From the IMG/VR virus record IMGVR_UViG_3300028394_000035: a stretch of DNA of 64,000 nt; one strand, given 5' to 3'. Shown here piece by piece: positions 19,116 to 28,513 of this stretch. Made by a program: the position numbers and the translations under genes. The notes beneath the pieces are model-generated. The model was not told the DNA's origin, ran no database searches, and saw only the letters and a program-made list of their open reading frames with translations. Positions within the stretch are counted from its first letter, which is position 1. Every line of letters begins with the position of its first letter. The DNA comes from a virus.

Positions 19116-21608
19116 ATGTCTCCACTTTTAGGTTCTACTGGTTTAGTTTCTTATTATTCTTATAGAGGAAATATTGATACACTTCCTGATGTGTTTTCAA
19201 TTGGTGCAGATGTTACAGATGTAGAAATAGATGCAGAAATCACAAGAACAACTACAATTACTGGTATTAACTATAAAGCAAAAGTAACACCAAGTTCTGG
19301 TGCTACAATATCTGTAAATGGAAGTGCATATACTTCTACACCACAATATGTAAAAAACAATCAATCAATATCAATTAAATTTACACCAACTGACTATGAA
19401 ACAACTTATACTGTATCATTAACTGTTGGAAAACGAAGTGATGCTTATACTATTCTTACAAGAAATCGCCCAGAAGATGGAATACCTAATGCATTTAGTT
19501 TTACCGATCAAACAGATGTAGATCCACCATTTAGAACTAATGTAGAAAGTAATGTAATAACTTTAAGTGGAATGTCTAATGTTCCTTCTGGGCAAACACC
19601 AAGAACAAATGATATTGGAACTGCAAGTATTAGTGGAAATAGCGCTCAATTTAAAGTTACAAGAGGCGGAACGGTAGTAAGAGATTATGGAACTGGAAAT
19701 TTTTCAGTTATAAATGGAGACCAGATACAGTTGCGTATGAATGCAGGAGGAAATGCACAAACAGTTTCTACTACATTTAGTGTAACTGGAACTGATACTA
19801 CAAATTTAGCAAGTCCTGTTACATCAACTGTAAGTGATACTTGGAGTATTACATCTAGAACTTATACTGCAACTATTACTTTAAGTGCAAGTCCAGGTAC
19901 GGTGGATTATAATACAGCATCAACGATTAGTTGGACTTCACAAAATATTAGTGGTCCAATTAATATTACTAATATTGGAAATGTTAATGATGCAAGTGGT
20001 AGTAGATCTACTGGAAATTTAAATGGAGGTGCTAGTGGTGGTTCTAGATCATTTACAGCAACTGCAAATACATTATATTCACCACCAGCAACAGTCACAT
20101 CAAATACGGTAACAGTAAATATAAATCCACCACCAGCACCAAGTGTATCATTAAGTTCTGGTAGTAATAGTATTGCTTATAATAGTTCAACAACATTATC
20201 TTGGAGTTCTAGTAATGCTACAAGTGTGAATAGTTCTACTGATAATTTTGCTGGAAGTAATCTAAGCGGAAGTAATGTTAGTACTGGTAATCTTACACAG
20301 TCAAAAACTTATACGATTAGAGTAAATGGCGTAGAAGGACAAGTATCATCACCATCAAGTGTGACGATAAATGTAGCTGCACCACCAGTACCAACAGTAT
20401 CATTAACTGCTGATAGTACAAATATTTCATATAATGGTTCAACGACTTTGAGGTGGAGTTCTAGTAATGCTACAAGTGTGAATAGTTCTACTGATAATTT
20501 TGCTGGTTCTAGCACAAGCGGAAGTGTTAGTACTGGTAATCTTACACAGTCAAAAACTTATACGATTGTACTTAATGGTCTTGAAGGTCAAACTGCAACT
20601 TCTAGTGTAACTATAACAGTACCAGAAGAACCAGAAATCGTAAAATATATTACTTCAAATACAACAAATGCAGATGCTCAAAGTTATTTTGGGTCAACTG
20701 ATTGGACAAGAAGTGTAAGAAAGAGATTAGTAATTAATGGTGGTGTTGTGGTTGGTTCAACCAATCCTAGTGCTGCAGCACTTAGCATTACGGCTGGAGT
20801 TGTTGGTGCTTTTGTATTAGAAAATAATGGTTCCATTCAAGGTGCTGGTGGTCTTGGTGGAATAGCAAATGGCGGAAATGGCGGAAAGGGCGGAAATGCT
20901 ATTATTATTAATAATAAAGGAACTGGTGGTACGGTAAGTATTACAAATAATGGAAGCATTTATGCTGGCGGCGGTGGCGGCGGTGCTGGAACCAAAGGTG
21001 GTACTGGCGGTCAAGGTGGTTCTGGTAGTAATACTTATTTGGTTAGTCAATCTTTTCCAAATGCAGGAACATGCACTAGTAATTTTAATTTGTGCTTTTT
21101 TGGCGCTCCAAGTCCTGGAAGAACGGCAGCTTGTCAAATTTACAACGCACAATGTTGTGGTAGTCAGCAAGGTTGCCCAAATAATGAATATGCTACAGTA
21201 GATACAACAGGAGGAAACGGAGGAGAAGGCGGAAATGGTGGAAATGGTGGTGTAGGACAAGGATACGCCCAAAATGCTGCGGGTGGTGCTGCTGGTGCTG
21301 CTGGTGCTGCTGGTGCTGCTGGAGGTACAAATGCTGGTAGTGGTGGAAATGGGGGAACCGGTGGGACTGGTGGAACTGGCGGAGGTCTTGGTGCCGATGG
21401 TTCTAATGGGTCACAAGGAAATACTGGTGATACTGGAGCATCCGGAAATGTAGGTAGTGGTTCTGGCGGACTTGCCGGAGAACTTCCAGTTGGAATAAGA
21501 GGACTTGTTGGATATTATATTAACGGAATTGATAATTTAAATGGAGGTGTTGGTGGAACAGTAGGCGGAAGAACAAAAAATATAGGAGATCCAGCAACAA
21601 CTAACTGA
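19116..21608 (+). CDS. Adhesin: Ig-like repeats plus a gp38-like glycine-rich C-terminus
   Basis: Two near-identical WSSSNATSVNSSTDNFAGS modules. NNGSIQGAGG / NNGSIYAGGGGGGAG and GGxGGx runs resemble T-even gp38 adhesins. Confidence 0.7.
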   Translation: MSPLLGSTGLVSYYSYRGNIDTLPDVFSIGADVTDVEIDAEITRTTTITGINYKAKVTPSSGATISVNGSAYTSTPQYVKNNQSISIKFTPTDYETTYTVSLTVGKRSDAYTILTRNRPEDGIPNAFSFTDQTDVDPPFRTNVESNVITLSGMSNVPSGQTPRTNDIGTASISGNSAQFKVTRGGTVVRDYGTGNFSVINGDQIQLRMNAGGNAQTVSTTFSVTGTDTTNLASPVTSTVSDTWSITSRTYTATITLSASPGTVDYNTASTISWTSQNISGPINITNIGNVNDASGSRSTGNLNGGASGGSRSFTATANTLYSPPATVTSNTVTVNINPPPAPSVSLSSGSNSIAYNSSTTLSWSSSNATSVNSSTDNFAGSNLSGSNVSTGNLTQSKTYTIRVNGVEGQVSSPSSVTINVAAPPVPTVSLTADSTNISYNGSTTLRWSSSNATSVNSSTDNFAGSSTSGSVSTGNLTQSKTYTIVLNGLEGQTATSSVTITVPEEPEIVKYITSNTTNADAQSYFGSTDWTRSVRKRLVINGGVVVGSTNPSAAALSITAGVVGAFVLENNGSIQGAGGLGGIANGGNGGKGGNAIIINNKGTGGTVSITNNGSIYAGGGGGGAGTKGGTGGQGGSGSNTYLVSQSFPNAGTCTSNFNLCFFGAPSPGRTAACQIYNAQCCGSQQGCPNNEYATVDTTGGNGGEGGNGGNGGVGQGYAQNAAGGAAGAAGAAGAAGGTNAGSGGNGGTGGTGGTGGGLGADGSNGSQGNTGDTGASGNVGSGSGGLAGELPVGIRGLVGYYINGIDNLNGGVGGTVGGRTKNIGDPATTN

Positions 21609-21639
21609 TAATAAATAAAACGAACTTTAAAATGTTATA

Positions 21640-21963
21640 ATGACTGAAAATCAATATCCTTCTTTACCAGAACAAGGAAAAAACTTAGCTAAGTTTAGTT
21701 TTGATTTGATTAAAAATGCACTTCAAGGTGGAGGACTTATAGTTTCTGCCGAAGTACAAGCACAAAGATTAGAAACTTGTAAAACTTGTGAATGGTATGA
21801 TGATACTCAAACTAAATGTAAACATTGCGGATGTTTTCTTCCTGCTAAAGTTTCCTTTGCATTAGATAGTTGTCCTGTAGGAAAATGGAAAGAAAATGAA
21901 GAAACGTGGATGAATGAAAAGTTTGATGAGATTATGAAAAAGACCCAAGACCAACAATCCTAA
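21640..21963 (+). CDS. Cys-rich small protein (DUF6171-like)
   Basis: RLETCKTCE...KCKHCGCFLPAKV....SCPVGKW. Family assignment from memory. Confidence 0.65.
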   Translation: MTENQYPSLPEQGKNLAKFSFDLIKNALQGGGLIVSAEVQAQRLETCKTCEWYDDTQTKCKHCGCFLPAKVSFALDSCPVGKWKENEETWMNEKFDEIMKKTQDQQS

Positions 21964-21990
21964 ATAAAATCATAGTTATTTTATATACAT

Positions 21991-22155
21991 ATGAAACCAC
22001 AAGAAATGCTTGATACTTTGATTGAAAAGTCATCAAAACTGCAACAAGAACTTTTGGATCTTGAAAGAGATTTTAATATTAAAAAAGAACAGTTTATTCG
22101 TCATCAAGGAGCTATTGAAGCACTTCAAATTGTTATTCAAGAAGAAGATTTATAA
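21991..22155 (+). CDS. 54-aa coiled-coil protein (not in ORF track)
   Basis: Hand translation: MKPQEMLDTLIEKSSKLQQELLDLERDFNIKKEQFIRHQGAIEALQIVIQEEDL; preceded by CCTAAATA at 21959-21966. Confidence 0.7.
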   Translation: MKPQEMLDTLIEKSSKLQQELLDLERDFNIKKEQFIRHQGAIEALQIVIQEEDL

Positions 22156-22158
22156 ATA
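22151..22158 (+). promoter_or_regulatory. T4-type late promoter TATAAATA
   Basis: Exact T4 late consensus 58 nt upstream of the 22216 ATG. Confidence 0.8.
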
Positions 22159-22215
22159 AACAAAAGGACTTATATAAGTTCTGTTTTTAATGGTATATAC
22201 CGAGAATGAATATCA

Positions 22216-24075
22216 ATGGCAACTCCTTTTAGAATTAAAAGGTCTGCGATACCGGGCAAGAAACCGGTAGTTGCAGATTTACAGTTAGGCGAATTAGCAC
22301 TTAATACTTATGATGCAGAACTTTATACTACAAGAGAAAGAAGTGGTATAGGTACTGATGTTGTAAGACTTGGTGCCGGTACAACAGTTACAAATATTCT
22401 TTATGTTACGAAAGATGGAAGTGATACAAACACAGGAAGAAAACTTGGAGACGCAAAAGCAACAATCGCAGGAGCAATCGCAGCAGCAGGAACAGGAACT
22501 GTTATTAAAGTTAGTGCTGGATCTTATGTAGAAAATAACCCAGTTATTATTCCAGAACAAGTCTCAATTATTGGTGATAGTTTAAGAGAAGTATCAGTAT
22601 CACCACAGAATGCAAATCAAGATTTGTTTTATGTTGCAAATGGTGATTATATTGCAGAAATGTCCTTTACTGGGTCATTAAATTCTGGTAAGGCAATCTT
22701 TGCATTTAATCCAAGTCAAGTTGGATATTTTAATCAGTCTCCTTATGTTCAGAACTGCACTAACTTTATTCCAAATAGTATTGGAATGAAGATTGATGGT
22801 TCCAAGGCAATAGGACCATTAAAGTCGATGGTTGTGGACTCTTATACTCAATATAATCAAGGTGGTATTGGAGTTTCAATTACAAATGAAGGATATGCCC
22901 AGTTAGTTTCTATTTTTACTATTTGTGATGATATTGCTATTTTCTGTGGTTCTGGTTCTGCTTGTGATTTAACGAACTCTAACTCATCATTTGGTAATTA
23001 TGGATTAGTTGCCGATGGTGTTGGTCCAAAGAAATATACCGGTATCATTACAACTGCCGCAGCAGCCGATAGTGATACTTTTGTTTTGAATTTAAATGTT
23101 CCAACACTTGGAATACAGACTGCTGTCTATAATAATACTGTTGGAATTATCACAATTACCACGACCACAAATCACAACTTTAATGTTGGAATGGGTGTTT
23201 CAATTGCCGGACTTGGATTTACCTGTCCTTCTGGACCTGGAATTTCTACTTTTCCTTCTGGAAACTTTGGATATATCTTTGAGGTTGCTGCTATTGGTGC
23301 CGCAAATAGTTTCTCCGCTTATGTTGGAGTTTCTACACTTTCGCATACCTATAATTCTGGTGGAACTGTTAAAATAAATACCACAAGACCTTATGATGGT
23401 CAGGTAGTGTATTTTGATAAACTTTATTATACTGTTGGAAGTGTGACTATTGGTTCTGGTGGAACTGGTTATACTCAAAATGTAGACATTACTTTTAGTG
23501 ACCCAAGTGAACCTTGGGGAGTTTCTGCAACTGCCGTAGGTGAAGTTACAAATGGTTCTGTGACTTCTGTGGAAATGGTTTCTAATGGAAGAGGATATAC
23601 AGGAATACCAACAGTAACTTTTGCATCACCAAACTCTGGAATTAATACTGCAACAGGAACTGCAAATCTAATTCCAACTTATTATTCTATATTAAGGTCA
23701 ACACCAATATCTGGTGGTATTTGCACGATTACGGTGAATGATAATGTTCCTTATGCAGTTGGTCTTGGTTCAACTGTTCCTTTCTTTAAGCAAAGTCGAG
23801 TATTAGCATCGGGTCATTCTTTGGAATACATTGGTTCTGGAACTAATATTAATGGTGCTCTTCCTAATCAAGGTGGAGTTACAATTCAAGAAAATGAAAT
23901 TGATATGAAAAATGGTGGTCTGGTTGTATTCACATCAACAGACCAATCAGGTAATTTTCGTATTGGTGATGGTGTTGTGATTAATCAACAAACCGGAACT
24001 ATTTCTGGTAGTTTTTATTCAAAGAGTTTATTTTCTGCAATGACTCCATTTATTTTAGCACTCGGAGGAGAATAA
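22216..24075 (+). CDS. Tail fibre/spike: Mtd-like N-terminal domain plus beta-helix
   Basis: FRIKRSAIPGKKP....LQLGELALNTYDAELY resembles the major-tropism-determinant N-terminal domain. The remainder is paralogous to the C-terminal half of 3158..6649. Confidence 0.7.
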   Translation: MATPFRIKRSAIPGKKPVVADLQLGELALNTYDAELYTTRERSGIGTDVVRLGAGTTVTNILYVTKDGSDTNTGRKLGDAKATIAGAIAAAGTGTVIKVSAGSYVENNPVIIPEQVSIIGDSLREVSVSPQNANQDLFYVANGDYIAEMSFTGSLNSGKAIFAFNPSQVGYFNQSPYVQNCTNFIPNSIGMKIDGSKAIGPLKSMVVDSYTQYNQGGIGVSITNEGYAQLVSIFTICDDIAIFCGSGSACDLTNSNSSFGNYGLVADGVGPKKYTGIITTAAAADSDTFVLNLNVPTLGIQTAVYNNTVGIITITTTTNHNFNVGMGVSIAGLGFTCPSGPGISTFPSGNFGYIFEVAAIGAANSFSAYVGVSTLSHTYNSGGTVKINTTRPYDGQVVYFDKLYYTVGSVTIGSGGTGYTQNVDITFSDPSEPWGVSATAVGEVTNGSVTSVEMVSNGRGYTGIPTVTFASPNSGINTATGTANLIPTYYSILRSTPISGGICTITVNDNVPYAVGLGSTVPFFKQSRVLASGHSLEYIGSGTNINGALPNQGGVTIQENEIDMKNGGLVVFTSTDQSGNFRIGDGVVINQQTGTISGSFYSKSLFSAMTPFILALGGE

Positions 24076-24079
24076 CCAA

Positions 24080-24421
24080 ATGGCTCTAGTACTTAATGTA
24101 TTTAAAACAGTTGTTGGGATTGTATCAACAAGTCCAACAACAGTATATACCGCACCTATTGGTTATACTGGTGTTGTTCTTTTAGCTCAAGTCGCAAATA
24201 TTGGGGCATCTTCGTATGATGTTTCATTATCACATCAAAGAAGTGTAGTTGGAGTAGCAGTTACTACAGAAATGTTAAAACAATATCCAATCTCGGCAAA
24301 TGATACTGCAAATCTTCTTACCGGAAAGTTAGTCTTGGAAAGTGGAGATAAGTTAGTCTTATCTGGTAGTAATGCATCCAATTTGAAATTCATTGGTAGT
24401 ATTTTAGAAACTCTTAACTAA
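24080..24421 (+). CDS. Small virion structural protein, paralog of 6654..7307
   Basis: Motif similarity; same position after a beta-helix gene. Confidence 0.65.
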   Translation: MALVLNVFKTVVGIVSTSPTTVYTAPIGYTGVVLLAQVANIGASSYDVSLSHQRSVVGVAVTTEMLKQYPISANDTANLLTGKLVLESGDKLVLSGSNASNLKFIGSILETLN

Positions 24422-24430
24422 TACACATAA

Positions 24431-27400
24431 ATGGCTAAGTTTCTCAGCGGAAGACAATCTAATTTCAATATCGGTATAAAATCTTATACCGAGAGTAAAA
24501 CAGTTTTACAAACAATCGGTAAGGTTGGTATTGGGACTACAAATGCTGGAAACTATTCACTTTATGTGGTTGGTGATGCAAATGTTAGTGGTATTGTAAG
24601 TGCTTCTGCATTTTATGGTAATATATTTGCTGGTGTAGCAACTATAACATCCCTAACTAGTACTAATCTCAACGTATTGGGAGTTTCCACACTCACCACT
24701 CTTTCTGTTGGTGGAACTACTGGTACTAGCGGTCAATATTTAAAATCAACTGGAACGGGACTTGTTTGGTCTAATTTTACTTCATTAAGAAGTGTTTATA
24801 GTTATATTTCAACTGAAGGACAAAAACAATTTGTTGCTTCTGGAATTAATACTGGTTATGTAGATGTATTCCTAAATGGTATTCGTTTAGATGATATAAA
24901 TTATTCTATTATTGGAACTGGAGTTAGTTTAGGCGTTGGTGCTTTTAATCAAGATGAAATCACAATAATAGGATTTAATACTGTAAATGCTGGTAGTGGC
25001 GGGAGTGGGTCAAGTTCTCAAACACTAGACCAAACATTAGCACTTGGAAATTCTTCTGCTCTTGGAATGTCGGTTGGTGTCATAACTGCAACTAATTTTG
25101 TAGGAAATGGTTCTGGACTTACTGGAATTATTGCAGCAGGAACTGGAATTGTTATTAAAGATGATGGAGTTCTGGTTGGTACTGCATCTACGATAGATTT
25201 TGGTGCTAATCTATCAGTATCTCCAATATCTGCTGGTGTTGTTACTGTAACTGCATCTGGTGGAAGTTCTGGTATTGCTACTTATGCTACTAATGCAGGT
25301 ATTGCAACTTATGCTTCTAGTGCCGGAATAGCAACTTATGCGACATCAGCAGGTATAGCAACTTATGCAACGTCAGCAGGAATTACCACCTCTGGAGATT
25401 ATGCTCAAAGCGGTGCTACCAGTGCTTATGCAACTAAACGAGTTTTACAATATAACGAAACAACCAAAGCTGTCACATATAGCAATACTCTAGATGCCGT
25501 AAGAGCATACATTACCGGATATGGTCCAGAAATCCACGTTAGTCCTGTTGCTTTTGATGATACTGGTAACGGAACTATTGGTGACCCTGTTAAGACTATC
25601 GCCCGAGCGCAAGTATTAGCAACCTTGGCATTTGAAACAACTGGTGTCGGTGAAAGAAAAACAATTATTTTGCATCCTGGAGATTATGCAGAAAATGTAA
25701 CTATTGACACTCAGTTCACTGTTTTAACCACTCACGAGTTGGTGGGTAAAAATACCACACTATCTGGTACTTTGACTATTACCAAAGGGTGTACCATTAA
25801 TGGTCTGAAGATGAACAATCTTGTCATCTCAGCAACTTCAGCAACTGGTTCAGTTGATATTATTGGTTGTACGGTAACAACAGCAACAACAAAAACATCA
25901 TCAGCATACACAGTTTTTAGAGGATGTGATTTATCTTCATCTTCATTAAGCATTACCGGTACTGGCACAGTTATACTGGTTGGTGGTAATTATTTTACTG
26001 TTACTGTAAATAATGCTGCTGCCGCAGTTTTGTCTAAAGCAGTTGTTAGTATGGGTCCAGTAACCCTAACAGCAGGAACACTGCAACTTTCTGATACACT
26101 TGTGTATTCCGCCACTAATACATCTAATGCCATAACGCAAAGTGCAGGGTCGGTATTAACATTAAACAACAGTCAAACATTAATACCAACTTTAACAAAT
26201 GTAGCAAGAAATAGTTTTGGTGGATTTTATTCTATTTTACACTCTGTTTATGATAAACCTAACTCTACATTTGGTGGCACATCATTAAACTCCATTTCGT
26301 ACAGTCAATACATAAATGTTGATAGAATTGGTATAGGAACTACTAATGCAACTTCAAGTTTATATGTCGTTGGTGATGAATATGTAACTGGTGTTGTAAC
26401 TGCCACAACATTCTATGGGACCTTTAGTGGCAATGCTGCAACTGCTACCTTTGCAACTTCAAGTGGAATAGCAACCTTTGCTACTAATGCTGGTATTGCA
26501 ACTTATGCGACATCAGCAGGAATTGCAACTTATGCGACTAATGCAGGTATTGCTACTTATGCTACTACTGCTGGTATTGCTACTTATACATCAGAATGGA
26601 TTTTAGGTGCTGTTGGAAGTTCAGATTACACCTTCACCGGACCAGGATTTACTGGTGCCGAAAATGATCCAGTATTGTATCTGGCAAGAGGTCAACAATA
26701 TAAATTTACGAATACGATGGGAATGCACCCATTTAGAATACAAAGCACCGTAAATGGATCTACTGGAACTCAATATAATGATGGGATTGCTAATAATGAT
26801 GTCTCCAACGGAACTCTAACTTGGAATGTTCAGTTTGATACACCAAGTCTTTTATATTACCAGTGTACTGCTCATTCAGGTATGGGTGGTAAGATTTATA
26901 TTATTGATGCTGGAATTGGAACAGATGTAAGCATTAATACTACAGGCATCATAAGTGCTACAACATTTTATGGAAATCTTGTTGGTTCAATCACAAATGC
27001 AACAAATCTCACAGGTGGTTATGCAAATGCATCACAATTAAATGTATCTGGAGTTGCAACAATTTCTCAAGGTAGAATACAGGTAGATGCATCGTCTAAC
27101 TTAAGATTTGGTAATATTGCAGCAGGTTCGGGAAGTGGTAGAAATATTGCGATTGGAGATCAGGTTCTTTATTCATTAAGTAGTGGTCAAGGTAGAAATA
27201 TTGGTATTGGTGAATTATCATACTATGATACTACAAGTGGGCAATACAATATTGGACTTGGTATTCAGGCAGGTCAAAAGATTACTACTGGTAATTATAA
27301 TGTTATTCTTGGTGGATATGATGGTCAGACTGGATTAGATATTCGCACCTCATCAAATAATGTGGTGATTGCCGACGGTCAAGGAAATATAAGACAATAT

Positions 27401-28507
27401 ATTAATTCTTCTGGTAATGTTGGCATCAAAACTACTGTTATTACAGAAGCACTTACAGTTGCTGGTATTGTGTCAGCAACAAGTTTCTATGGAACACTCA
27501 ATGCTGGGCAACTGACTGGATCACTTCCTGCGATTAATGGTAGTGCCCTGATAGGAGTTGTTGGCAGTGGTAGTGGTATAATCATCCAAGGGAATGGAAC
27601 ACCCGTAGGGACCGCAGGAACCATCAACTTTGCATCTAATCTTAATGTCACCTTTGCTTCTGGTATTGCGACTGTTTCTGGAACTGGATTAGCAACTTAT
27701 GCAAATGTTGCTGGAATATCAACTTATGCAACAAGTTCTGGAGTATCTACAACATCAGGAACTGCTAATTATGCAACAAGTTCTGGTGTGTCTACAACAT
27801 CTGTAACTGCTGGTTATGCGACAACCGCAGGAATATCAAGTGCAGTTTCGGCATCTATTAATATTAATACCACAGGCATTATCACAGCAACATCATTCTC
27901 TGGATCTGGATCTGGTCTTACAAATCTTCCAGCAGCACAACTCACAGGAACATTACCTGCGATTGATGGTTCTGCACTTCTTAACGTAACAGCAGCAGGA
28001 ACTGGTATTGCTATTCGTGATGATAACTCAAATATTGGATCTGCAACTACTGTTAATTTTGGAACTGGACTTGATGTTACATTTAGTGCTGGTATTGCAA
28101 CAATCACGGCATCTGGTGGTTCTCTACAATCAAGAACCACAGTATCTGGTGTTACTACATCTATTGCAAATAATGGAATTGGCAATACAAATATTACTGG
28201 ATTTAAATCTTATGGTCTTATGAAAGTTGGTCTTTCTACTGCAGGTTGGTTAAGACTATATACTGATAGCACATCAAGAACAAATGATATCTCAAGAAGT
28301 GTTGGAGAAGATCCTGCACCAGGAAGTGGAGTGATTGCTGAAGTTGTAACTACTGGTATTACAACTACTCAAATCATATCTCCTTTTGTAATGGGTGGAA
28401 ATTTGGATAATTCTCCAACAACTACAATATACGCGGCAATTAAAAATCTTTCTGGTTCTACTCAAGCAATTACTGCTAACCTAACCATTCTCCAATTAGA
28501 GGCATAA
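24431..28507 (+). CDS. Mosaic tail fibre with beta-helix insert and cupredoxin-like domain
   Basis: MAKFLSGR N-terminus resembles that of 7310 (MSKKYLSGR). AGIATYA arrays; IHVSP...GDPVKTIARA...ILHPGDYAE beta-helix; HPF...YYQCTAHSGMGG domain. Confidence 0.7.
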   Translation: MAKFLSGRQSNFNIGIKSYTESKTVLQTIGKVGIGTTNAGNYSLYVVGDANVSGIVSASAFYGNIFAGVATITSLTSTNLNVLGVSTLTTLSVGGTTGTSGQYLKSTGTGLVWSNFTSLRSVYSYISTEGQKQFVASGINTGYVDVFLNGIRLDDINYSIIGTGVSLGVGAFNQDEITIIGFNTVNAGSGGSGSSSQTLDQTLALGNSSALGMSVGVITATNFVGNGSGLTGIIAAGTGIVIKDDGVLVGTASTIDFGANLSVSPISAGVVTVTASGGSSGIATYATNAGIATYASSAGIATYATSAGIATYATSAGITTSGDYAQSGATSAYATKRVLQYNETTKAVTYSNTLDAVRAYITGYGPEIHVSPVAFDDTGNGTIGDPVKTIARAQVLATLAFETTGVGERKTIILHPGDYAENVTIDTQFTVLTTHELVGKNTTLSGTLTITKGCTINGLKMNNLVISATSATGSVDIIGCTVTTATTKTSSAYTVFRGCDLSSSSLSITGTGTVILVGGNYFTVTVNNAAAAVLSKAVVSMGPVTLTAGTLQLSDTLVYSATNTSNAITQSAGSVLTLNNSQTLIPTLTNVARNSFGGFYSILHSVYDKPNSTFGGTSLNSISYSQYINVDRIGIGTTNATSSLYVVGDEYVTGVVTATTFYGTFSGNAATATFATSSGIATFATNAGIATYATSAGIATYATNAGIATYATTAGIATYTSEWILGAVGSSDYTFTGPGFTGAENDPVLYLARGQQYKFTNTMGMHPFRIQSTVNGSTGTQYNDGIANNDVSNGTLTWNVQFDTPSLLYYQCTAHSGMGGKIYIIDAGIGTDVSINTTGIISATTFYGNLVGSITNATNLTGGYANASQLNVSGVATISQGRIQVDASSNLRFGNIAAGSGSGRNIAIGDQVLYSLSSGQGRNIGIGELSYYDTTSGQYNIGLGIQAGQKITTGNYNVILGGYDGQTGLDIRTSSNNVVIADGQGNIRQYINSSGNVGIKTTVITEALTVAGIVSATSFYGTLNAGQLTGSLPAINGSALIGVVGSGSGIIIQGNGTPVGTAGTINFASNLNVTFASGIATVSGTGLATYANVAGISTYATSSGVSTTSGTANYATSSGVSTTSVTAGYATTAGISSAVSASININTTGIITATSFSGSGSGLTNLPAAQLTGTLPAIDGSALLNVTAAGTGIAIRDDNSNIGSATTVNFGTGLDVTFSAGIATITASGGSLQSRTTVSGVTTSIANNGIGNTNITGFKSYGLMKVGLSTAGWLRLYTDSTSRTNDISRSVGEDPAPGSGVIAEVVTTGITTTQIISPFVMGGNLDNSPTTTIYAAIKNLSGSTQAITANLTILQLEA

Positions 28508-28513
28508 AAACAA

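Noticed and set aside
20850-21590. Collagen-like repeat as the substrate for the prolyl hydroxylase
   Set aside because: The runs are GGx/GAA and Pro-poor, fitting a polyglycine-II adhesin rather than Gly-X-Pro collagen.
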